This document shows, in pieces, positions 1 through 6,997 of a DNA stretch of 32,000 nt (position 1 is its first letter; each line of letters starts with the position of its first letter). Under the pieces are notes generated by a model. It searched no databases. It saw only the letters and a program-made list of their open reading frames with translations, and had not been told where the DNA came from. The position numbers and the translations under genes were made by a program. The stretch covers positions 540,001 to 572,000 of the forward strand of contig NZ_CP147990.1 in the NCBI RefSeq assembly GCF_037902255.1, given 5' to 3'. This stretch comes from Candidatus Electrothrix sp. GW3-4 (lineage in GTDB: Bacteria; Desulfobacterota; Desulfobulbia; Desulfobulbales; Desulfobulbaceae).

Positions 1-439
1 TGACGGAACCCTCCGAGTCCTTGCCATTGCTGCCGCGTTACTTTCCGCCCCGGAGGGCTCTCTTGTTGTTGTGGAAGAAGTTGATAATGGAATCCATCCC
101 AGTCGGGCAAGGCAACTCTTACAAGCAATGCGTGGGCTGGCTGAAAAAAGACAACTGCGTTTGCTGCTGACAACCCATAACCCGGCTCTTATGGACGCCT
201 TACCTGATGAGGCAATAGGAGACGTTGTTTTTTGTTACCGTAACCCGGAAAATGGGTATAGTGAGCTGAAAAAATTGTCTGCTCTGGTCGATTATCCCTC
301 TCTTATCGCACAGGGATCTTTAGGTCATCTTGTCACCAATGGGGTCGTTGAGAGATATGCCAAAAGTGATTGTACTCCTGAACAAAAAAAGGAAAAGGCG
401 TTGGCCTGGCTTGCAGAACTTGATCAGGAGGAAGAATGA
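1..439 (+). CDS. C-terminal part of an ABC/SMC-type AAA ATPase (AAA_15/AAA_21-like); the 5' end lies upstream of the window
   Basis: The frame is open from base 2. Translation reads ..DGTLRVLAIAAALLSAPEGSLVVVEEVDNGIHPSRA.. (tail of ABC signature, Walker B hhhhEE, D-loop) and ..LLLTTHNPALMD.. (H-loop His). Stop is TGA 437-439. GTG 71 in the ORF track is only the first in-window start codon. Confidence 0.8.
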   Translation, partial: DGTLRVLAIAAALLSAPEGSLVVVEEVDNGIHPSRARQLLQAMRGLAEKRQLRLLLTTHNPALMDALPDEAIGDVVFCYRNPENGYSELKKLSALVDYPSLIAQGSLGHLVTNGVVERYAKSDCTPEQKKEKALAWLAELDQEEE

Positions 440-890
440 GTATCTGCATAATAGACACCTCTATTTTTTGCAACATTCTGAAAGCACCTGGGAAAGTCAG
501 GATTATTCATCTATTATGGACTTGATGAAAGAAAAGATTCAAGGCGGTGAGTCATTGCTTTTTCCTATGACCGCTATTATAGAAACAGGGAATCACATTG
601 CGCAAAATGGTGACGGAAGCCAGAAACGCTCCTGTGCTGAAAGATTTATAAAGCAGTTACAGGGGGCTATTGCAGGCGAGGCTCCCTGGACACCGATGAA
701 GCCGTTTGCAATTGAAGAGTTCTTACGTTGGCTGGGTGAATTTCCAGATTACGCGATGAGAGACATTGGGTTCGGCGACCTCTCTATCATCAAAGATTGG
801 GAAGAACTACGAAGAATTCACTCTGGACAGCGAGTATACATCTGGACGCTTGATAATGATTTGAAGGGGTATGATTATCACCCCGGTTAA
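436..890 (+). pseudogene. PIN-domain nuclease-like gene interrupted by a 1-nt frameshift (or sequencing error) near 490-500
   Basis: ATG 436 overlaps the upstream stop (ATGA) and encodes MSICIIDTSIFCNILKAPGK, a typical first PIN acidic motif hhDTShh. That frame stops at 523-525. The -1 frame continues SQDYSSIMDLMKEK..AIIETGNHI..GFGDLSII..IWTLDNDLKGYD* to 890, supplying the remaining E/D/D PIN positions. One extra A in the run at 493-495 would fuse both parts. Confidence 0.55.
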
Positions 891-916
891 TCGTAAATAA
901 AGAAACCGAAAAAGTT

Positions 917-1513
917 ATGGCAAAGGATGATTCAGAAAAAGACAGACAAGCGCGGATTGAGAAATTACAGCGTAAAATTGAAGAACTGACCGGTGGAAAG
1001 CCTGTTTCATTCAGCTCAGAGAACTGTTCGTCGGAACTGAAAGAAAAATTCTTGGAATATGTGCTCACTTTTGAAGAGGGAGAGCATGCTCCGTTATTTG
1101 ATACCCTGACCAATGCCGGTCTGCATCTCCCGGCACCTGATGAGCTGGATGATGGAGCACTCACGGGGAAACTCTGGGAAGTCATTCATGCCCTGGCAAT
1201 GCTCGGAGTTTTTCTCCATAACACAGATCATCTGAATGATCGTGAACTCTATGAGGATCTGTGGCAGGATGCCTTACGGGAAGACTATTTTATTCAACCC
1301 GCGAACAGGGATTTCGCCTGTCATCTTGATATGATCGGCAGCGGAAGCGAGGAAGACCTCTTCATCTTCCTGAAATATTACGCAGACGAAGGAGAGCGGG
1401 AATGGTGGAAGGAAGAGTACCCGCAAGATGATTTTCCGGCTTCTGCACCAAGGCCCTATGATCGTGACCGTCATCTCCCTAAACGGGAGGAATGGGAAGA
1501 AGGCCAGTGTTAA
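917..1513 (+). CDS. Hypothetical acidic protein (198 aa), no recognisable catalytic motif
   Basis: Clean ORF with ATG 917, 27 nt after the preceding stop and on the same strand as the ATPase and PIN genes. Coiled-coil-like N-terminus (RQARIEKLQRKIEEL) and conserved-looking ..TDHLNDRELYEDLW.. and ..PYDRDRHLP.. segments. Family not recognised. Confidence 0.6.
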   Translation: MAKDDSEKDRQARIEKLQRKIEELTGGKPVSFSSENCSSELKEKFLEYVLTFEEGEHAPLFDTLTNAGLHLPAPDELDDGALTGKLWEVIHALAMLGVFLHNTDHLNDRELYEDLWQDALREDYFIQPANRDFACHLDMIGSGSEEDLFIFLKYYADEGEREWWKEEYPQDDFPASAPRPYDRDRHLPKREEWEEGQC

Positions 1514-1527
1514 TCGGTTACCCTGCC

Positions 1528-1650
1528 TTAAGCCGTCCGCATTTCCCGAACCATCTCCGTCGGGCTCTGCCCAAAGCAGCGCTTAACCTCGTGACTGAAC
1601 TGTGACGCATTTTCATATTCCACATTGTCCGCAGCAAGATAGACCTTCAT
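1528..1650 (-). pseudogene. Remnant of an AraC-family regulator (C-terminal second HTH only)
   Basis: Minus-strand translation MKVYLAADNVEYENASQFSHEVKRCFGQSPTEMVREMRTA* matches the AraC C-terminal signature (..GYxxxSxFSRxFKRxFGxSPxE..). An in-frame stop lies 9 codons upstream of this Met, so only about 40-48 codons survive. Confidence 0.45.
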
Positions 1651-1753
1651 ATTTTCCTGTCCCCATAGACCCATAGATCACAGGTCGTTGTTCGTCGTAG
1701 CTGTGACCGATCAATAATCGTTCAAAGCAGGTTGCCAGAACCTGCTTCATGTG

Positions 1754-1790
1754 CCCGGAGGATGTCCCCTCCGGGCTCTTTTATTTTATG
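1754..1790 (+). terminator. Rho-independent terminator-like hairpin
   Basis: CCCGGAGG (1754-1761), 6-nt loop, CCTCCGGG (1768-1775), then CTCTTTTATTTTA. It sits inside the long TTG-1732 version of the MFS ORF, which argues for a later MFS start. Confidence 0.4.
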
Positions 1791-1818
1791 CAGTATGCAA
1801 AGCGTTGATCCCCTTTAT

Positions 1819-3048
1819 ATGTCAGAAGAAGAAAAGATGCAGCCTGATGCCCAGGTCGTCGCGGCAGTGCCCGCTGGTTGGTATGTCCTTGGCGTCCTCA
1901 GCCTGCTCATGGGATTCGGGTCCATCTCCACCGACCTCTATCTGCCCGCCATGCCAGTGATGGGCCGGGCCTTGGGTGCGGATGCCGGGATGATTGAGCT
2001 GACCATTTCCGGTTATCTCATCGGGTTCAGCCTGGGGCAGTTGCTCTGGGGGCCGATCAGTGATCATTACGGTCGTCGTTCCTCGGTGTCTGCGGGACTA
2101 ATTTTCTTTATCATCGGCTCGGCAGGCTGTGCCCTTTCCCGGACAGCGGAGGCCTTGATCGGCTGGCGCATCGTGCAGGCCGTCGGGGCCTGTGCCTGTG
2201 TTGCCCTGTCCCGTGCCATGGTCCGTGATCTCTATAAGGGCAATCGGGCCGCGCAGATGCTCTCCATGCTCATGACCGTCATGACCATTGCGCCGATCCT
2301 CGGCCCCTTGGTGGGCGGGCAGATCGTGGCCTTGGCTGGCTGGCGTGCTGTCTTCTGGACCCTGGTGACGGTGGGGGCGCTTACTTTTGTTCTTCTCTGG
2401 ACCATCCCTGAGACCTTACCGGCCCGGCGGCGCAATACCGAATCCCTGGGCATGGCCCTGCGCTATTACGGGGAGCTGCTGCGCCATCGTAAAATTCTGG
2501 GTTATGCCATAACCGGTGGCTTTCTTTATGTGGGGATGTTTGCCTATGTTGCTGGAACACCCTTTATCTATATCAATTATTATCATGTCTCGGAGCAGCA
2601 ATTCGGCTTTTTTTGGGGTATTGTCATTGCCGGGGCCACCGTGGCGAATCTGATCAATGCCAAGTTGGTTGTCCGGCATGGCTATGATCGGATTCTCTTG
2701 CTGGGAACCGTGGTGATGGCCCTTGCCGCCTTTGCCGTTGCCTGGACCGCCGGAACCGGTTGGGGCGGGATTTGGGGCTTGGTGCTGCCCTTGTTTGTGT
2801 TTATTTCCAGTGTGGGGTTCATTGTGGCCAACTCGGTTGCCGGGGCCATGACCTGCTTTCCTGAACGGGCCGGAGCGGTATCCGCCCTGGTAGGGGCGAT
2901 CCAGTACGGGAGCGGGATTATTGGTTCTGCCCTGGTTGGGCTTTTGGCCGATGGGACGCCTTGGCCGATGGGCTTGATTATTGGGATGACCGGGGTGGGG
3001 TGTTTGCTTTCGGTTTTTCTCTTGTTGAACAAGGGCGGGGGAGATTGA
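1819..3048 (+). CDS. MFS transporter, Bcr/CflA (DHA1) multidrug-efflux subfamily
   Basis: About 12 hydrophobic segments. N-terminal signature ..GFGSISTDLYLPAMPVMGRALGA..ELTISGYLIGFSLGQLLWGPISDHYGRR.. is typical of Bcr/CflA. Start is placed at ATG 1819 (ATG 1837 is an alternative) because TTG 1732 spans a terminator hairpin. Confidence 0.85.
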   Translation: MSEEEKMQPDAQVVAAVPAGWYVLGVLSLLMGFGSISTDLYLPAMPVMGRALGADAGMIELTISGYLIGFSLGQLLWGPISDHYGRRSSVSAGLIFFIIGSAGCALSRTAEALIGWRIVQAVGACACVALSRAMVRDLYKGNRAAQMLSMLMTVMTIAPILGPLVGGQIVALAGWRAVFWTLVTVGALTFVLLWTIPETLPARRRNTESLGMALRYYGELLRHRKILGYAITGGFLYVGMFAYVAGTPFIYINYYHVSEQQFGFFWGIVIAGATVANLINAKLVVRHGYDRILLLGTVVMALAAFAVAWTAGTGWGGIWGLVLPLFVFISSVGFIVANSVAGAMTCFPERAGAVSALVGAIQYGSGIIGSALVGLLADGTPWPMGLIIGMTGVGCLLSVFLLLNKGGGD

Positions 3049-3181
3049 TCCGGCCTCTGGTTGGGGGAGGAATTTTTGTTTACTCGCCTCCTATTCCGTG
3101 CTATTGCTTGTACTTGTTCGATAAGAGGAAGTATGCCCGAGTAATTCGTTCGACGATGTCATTTATCTTTGCACGAAGTAT

Positions 3182-3517
3182 GTGTCGGAGGACACTCCGC
3201 AACCGTGTCGGGAGTGGTTGGAGGCTATCAATGATACGCTGGATGAGGAGGTTGATGAGTCTCGGTATCGTCGTGCTGCAATTCAAAAGCTGTTTACGGC
3301 TATCGAGAGTGATCATATTTCCCCGGAAGAGCGCGCTCGGATGATTGAGGAATATCATCAGGAGGAGTTGCAGGGGGCTGCGCTTGAGGAAGGAAAGAGA
3401 GAGATTGCCTCCTCTCTGTTGCGGCAGGGAGTGCCTGTGGAGGTTATTGCAAAGGCGACGGGTTTGTCGCTGGGTGGGCTTGCTGTGATGCGGGGGCGGG
3501 AAGGCGGGCCTCTATGA
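3182..3517 (+). CDS. Small ORF resembling only the C-terminal tail of Rpn/YhgA-like PD-(D/E)XK recombination-promoting nucleases (probable gene fragment)
   Basis: GTG start. ..EEYHQEELQGAALEEGKREIASSLLRQGVPVEVIAKATGLSL.. is the Q/E-rich repeat plus helix-turn-helix-like tail seen at the C-terminus of Rpn-family proteins. An in-frame stop at 3122-3124 leaves no nuclease core. Confidence 0.4.
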   Translation: MSEDTPQPCREWLEAINDTLDEEVDESRYRRAAIQKLFTAIESDHISPEERARMIEEYHQEELQGAALEEGKREIASSLLRQGVPVEVIAKATGLSLGGLAVMRGREGGPL

Positions 3518-3629
3518 TACCTTGAAGGGCGCCGGACAATTTCAGCTATCGCTTGGAGCGTGCTGATGAATCTTTATCTTTTTTTATTCGAAATATAGAA
3601 AGATTAATAGCAAATCAGATATCTGGTAA

Positions 3630-5036
3630 ATGGAAAGAAAATATTACGATTCAGATTTTAAACCGATAAGAAATAAAATTAAAAAATATCAACCTCTTGA
3701 CATTGCGAACATTGCACTTGATGAGCTTAGAAAGAAAGAAGATTGTTGTACTCCTCCACACCCTTGGTTTTTATTCAACATAATTACATGGTCAGTTCAC
3801 TTTGGAAATAAAGATTCTAAGAAGAAAATAGACAAGAAAGAATTTATAAATCTTTACAACATGGTGCAAGACTTTCCAGACGATGAATCTATTATTGAAA
3901 GAATAAAGTTGTCAAAAGATGCACACTCAGTCTGGTGGGCAATAAGAAGTATTTTTCACCAACAAAAATTATATCAATTAAGAAATAACAACATAAATAT
4001 ATTGTTTATTCTAGAACTGTCAAAAACAATCAATCAGGAAGCGGCTAACTTTGTTAAGTTTGTAGTTTTATTGTCGATATCGCTAAGTAAAAATTCAAAT
4101 ATTTTTTATAATAAAAAATATTTTAAAACACTATTTGATAGTCAAGATATAGATAACTATTGGAATATTTTTAATATAACAGAGGATAAGTTAAATGAAA
4201 TAGCAAAGATAAGTAAAGATACATATAAAAATGTTAAATTTGAAAAAAACAGCATGACAATATTTTCTACTCACCCATTATTTATAAATAATCAAGGAAA
4301 TCTTGGGGTAATATGTTATCCTGTTTTTAAGGCGTTTGTACGAAACGGTATATACGATTTATTAATTAAATATGAGATGATAGAAAGGAAAAAAATAGAA
4401 TATGAATTTGAACGTATTATACTAGAATACACAAAACTAGAGTGCATAAAGAAAAGTGAGAATAATTTTATAAGACCTAATTCAGGTGTAGACGGAATAA
4501 TACAAGAAGATGACTTACTGTTTTTTATTGAATGCAAGTCTAGCAGTTTTCATAAACTTTTACCACAGTATCCCACTCAAGAAGCTCATTTTAGTTCACT
4601 AAAACAATCGGTATTAAAAGGTTACAAACAAATGTTGAGTAGCTACAGGAAGTATTCAAAGCAAAAAAAAGCATTTGGAATAATCGTAACCCTGTATGAC
4701 CTAACTATTGGTTGCTCTATAGAATTTTGGAAGCATTCTATTGAAAAATGGATTATGAGTGAAAATCTAAATGAAAAGGAAATAGAATTTCTAAAAAAAT
4801 ATGTATGGGTCATTAATTATACAGAATATATAGAAATACTGCATTCGGCAAAGAATCTCTATGATATTTATAATAAAATCAACAAGGCGTTAAGTGAATT
4901 TTCAAATCATGGGTCTATCTTTCTCGAAGATTATTTTTCCAAAAATTACAGGGTAGAAGATATTAAAATGTTTGGAGATAATATTAATGAAATTGATAAG
5001 CTTCTAGGGATATCTACCTCGATTGAGCGATCTTGA
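3630..5036 (+). CDS. Hypothetical 468-aa protein with a C-terminal restriction-endonuclease-like (Mrr-cat/PD-(D/E)XK) motif, encoded on an AT-rich island
   Basis: Single long ORF in a segment that is visibly far more AT-rich than its flanks. YEFERIILEYTK (about 4398) followed by GVDGIIQEDDLLFFIECKSS (4485-4544, with D 4491 and E-C-K 4530-4538) reproduces the E..D..ExK arrangement of Mrr-like nucleases. The N-terminal 250 aa or so are unrecognised. Confidence 0.6.
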   Translation: MERKYYDSDFKPIRNKIKKYQPLDIANIALDELRKKEDCCTPPHPWFLFNIITWSVHFGNKDSKKKIDKKEFINLYNMVQDFPDDESIIERIKLSKDAHSVWWAIRSIFHQQKLYQLRNNNINILFILELSKTINQEAANFVKFVVLLSISLSKNSNIFYNKKYFKTLFDSQDIDNYWNIFNITEDKLNEIAKISKDTYKNVKFEKNSMTIFSTHPLFINNQGNLGVICYPVFKAFVRNGIYDLLIKYEMIERKKIEYEFERIILEYTKLECIKKSENNFIRPNSGVDGIIQEDDLLFFIECKSSSFHKLLPQYPTQEAHFSSLKQSVLKGYKQMLSSYRKYSKQKKAFGIIVTLYDLTIGCSIEFWKHSIEKWIMSENLNEKEIEFLKKYVWVINYTEYIEILHSAKNLYDIYNKINKALSEFSNHGSIFLEDYFSKNYRVEDIKMFGDNINEIDKLLGISTSIERS

Positions 5037-5148
5037 AAAATACCTCCAGGTCATATTTCACACTACTCAGTAGGGCATAAAGAATACAAAGGCAAAAAAA
5101 ACACAAGTTGGTATCACAGGCCATTTTTGAACCGCGCAACCATCCTGT

Positions 5149-5442
5149 TTCTCGATTCCATCAGGGCAATGCATGCTTACATCACCCCAAAGTCAACCGG
5201 AATCAACACAATGTCAATTTGAATCATCCTATTTCAAACCGGAATCAACCTGATTCCAATCGAAAATGGTTCAATGTCAATTGACATCAGGGCAATTCCT
5301 GTTAACATTGACCCGATTCCAATTGGAATCAAGGCAAAGTGAATTGGAATTGGATCAAAGTCAATCGGAATCAGAGCAATTCCAATTGGAATTACGTCAA
5401 TTCCAGTGTGCATCATCCCGATTCCGGCGTGTTCTGCGCCGG
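5149..5442. repeat. Array of about 12-14 degenerate 21-bp tandem repeats (consensus about WKYCAATYGGAATCANNNCAA) containing three perfect CAATTG-centred palindromes
   Basis: The register is read directly from the sequence, with units starting at 5191, 5212, 5233 ... 5422. GGAAT occurs at 5199, 5241, 5325, 5346, 5367, 5388. ATTCC occurs at 5253, 5295, 5316, 5379, 5400, 5421. All spacings within each set are multiples of 21. Palindromes are ATGTCAATTGACAT 5274-5287, GATTCCAATTGGAATC 5315-5330 and AATTCCAATTGGAATT 5378-5393. Confidence 0.85.
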
Positions 5443-5474
5443 AGGAAATTAATCAACTTTAATCTACGTTAACC

Positions 5475-6899
5475 ATGTGTTTGTGTAAGAGAAAAGGAAA
5501 GTCATCCTCTACCATTATCCATCGTTTCCTCCCCTGTTTCTTCCTTCTCCTCTTCCTCCTGGCCCACGCCTGCTCCGCGACCGCAGAGGAAGGCCTGCCC
5601 GATGCCGAGGAGATCAAGGAAACCTCTGCCGTTATTGAGACGGTCAGCAAAAAGAGTGATGATGCAAAGATCAAGCAGCGGGCCGAGGGCATCTTTGCCG
5701 AGATTCCCGGCCTGGAAAAGGTGGTCGTGACGGTTTCAGAAGGGGTGGTGGTGCTTTCCGGGCCAGTTGCCAACGAGGAGTCAGCCCAACGCGCCCGCCA
5801 TCTGACCAATCGCCTTGCCGGTGTTGTGATCGTGCAGGATCATATTGAGCGCACCCTGAATCTCCAGGAGAATCTCAAGCCCAGGGCTGCCGAGTATGCG
5901 GATAAGGCCAACCGTTTTGTCAAATCCCTGCCTCTCATCCTGACCGCCCTGGGCATTTCCGGGCTGATTCTGCTGGCTGGTTTTCTCCTCGCCCGCTTCT
6001 CCCTGCTCTGGGAGAAGATTACCCCCAATCAGTTTGTTGCAGAGATCCTGGCCCAGATCATCCGCATCGTTGCCATTGGCGGGGCCGTGCTGACCGCCAT
6101 GAATCTGCTGGGCGCAAGCCGGATGATCGGCACCCTGCTGGGCGGGGCCGGGGTAGTGGGTTTTGCCGTGGGTTTTGCCGTCAAAGACACCATTGAGAAC
6201 TATATCGCCAGTATCATGCTCAGTCTCCGCCAGCCCTTTCGCCCCAGGGATTTTGTCTCGATCAATGAGCATCAGGGCGTGGTTATTCGCCTGACCTCCC
6301 GGGCCACTATCCTGATGACGGCGGACGGCAATCATTTACGGATACCGAACGCGGTGGTGTTTAAGGCGACTATTCTTAATTATACTACCAATCCCGAGCG
6401 TCGCTTTGATTTCACCCTGGGGATAGGCGTAAACGATGACCCGGTTGCTGCCACTGAGGCCGGTGTTGAGGCCATCGCCAGCCTGCCCTTTATCCTGGAT
6501 ACCCCCCCGCCGGGTTCCTTTGTTGAAGAGATGGGGGATGCCCATATTGTCCTTCGCTTTATGGGCTGGATCAATCAGAAGGAAACCGACTTTGTCAAGG
6601 CAAGGGGCTATGCCATGCAAAAGGCGAGGGAGGTCCTTGAAGAGCAAGGTTTTTCTCTGCCAGTACCGAGGTATAGCCTCCGTTTTGAGGAGAGCAAAAT
6701 GTTGTTTCCAGAATCAACAGCAAAGCCAACGCCAGAGGCGGAGAAGGAGCAGCTTGTCCGCAGGGAAGATGTTGCATCAGTTGCTGAAATCGATGCAATG
6801 GATGTGAGCCCTGAGCAGCATCTTCAGGAAAAGGTGGAGGACGAGCGCAAGGCCACTCAGGAAGAGGATCTTTTGGATGAGGATAGTCCGAAGGAGTAG
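5475..6899 (+). CDS. Mechanosensitive ion channel (MscS family) with N-terminal signal peptide and BON domain
   Basis: Signal-like FLPCFFLLLFLLAHACSA. BON-like ..KVVVTVSEGVVVLSGPVANEESAQRARHLTNRLAGVVIVQDHI... TM helices followed by the MscS core ..GFAVKDTIENYIASIMLSLRQPFRPRDFVSINEHQGVVIRLTSRATILMTADGNHLRIPNAVV... Confidence 0.85.
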   Translation: MCLCKRKGKSSSTIIHRFLPCFFLLLFLLAHACSATAEEGLPDAEEIKETSAVIETVSKKSDDAKIKQRAEGIFAEIPGLEKVVVTVSEGVVVLSGPVANEESAQRARHLTNRLAGVVIVQDHIERTLNLQENLKPRAAEYADKANRFVKSLPLILTALGISGLILLAGFLLARFSLLWEKITPNQFVAEILAQIIRIVAIGGAVLTAMNLLGASRMIGTLLGGAGVVGFAVGFAVKDTIENYIASIMLSLRQPFRPRDFVSINEHQGVVIRLTSRATILMTADGNHLRIPNAVVFKATILNYTTNPERRFDFTLGIGVNDDPVAATEAGVEAIASLPFILDTPPPGSFVEEMGDAHIVLRFMGWINQKETDFVKARGYAMQKAREVLEEQGFSLPVPRYSLRFEESKMLFPESTAKPTPEAEKEQLVRREDVASVAEIDAMDVSPEQHLQEKVEDERKATQEEDLLDEDSPKE

Positions 6900-6997
6900 A
6901 AGGGGAGAATCGTGAGTCGGGCTGCTTGCGAGCAATGAAAGCGGACAGCGGGACAGCTGATACTGTTCAAGGGAACTAAAAAACAGGAGATCATTTT

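Noticed and set aside
330-435. Upstream extensions of three ORFs: 330-435 (PIN-frame ORF), 1732-1818 (MFS) and 13644-13757 (antitoxin).
   Set aside because: The 330 start overlaps the ATPase gene by 110 nt. The 1732 TTG start spans a terminator hairpin and a non-membrane leader. The 13757 start lacks an RBS, whereas ATG 13643 has GGAGG.
487-500. Programmed -1 ribosomal frameshift at CCTGGGAAAGTC in the PIN gene.
   Set aside because: The G GGA AAG heptamer is not in the register of the incoming frame (the codons are CCT GGG AAA GTC), so tRNA re-pairing would be poor. I saw no convincing downstream stimulatory structure. A simple 1-nt indel is more parsimonious.
5149-5442. The 21-bp repeat array as a CRISPR array.
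   Set aside because: The units are contiguous with no unique spacers, are only 21 bp long and degenerate, and no cas genes or leader are present.
5234-5472. ORFs 5234-5416 (-) and 5266-5472 (+) as real heptad-repeat peptides (IPIGIAL.. / QFQLELR..).
   Set aside because: The 7-codon periodicity is a by-product of the 21-bp DNA repeat. Repeat variation shows no synonymous bias (caa, gaa and tca are reused). Unit 3 carries an in-frame TGA. Neither ORF has an RBS.
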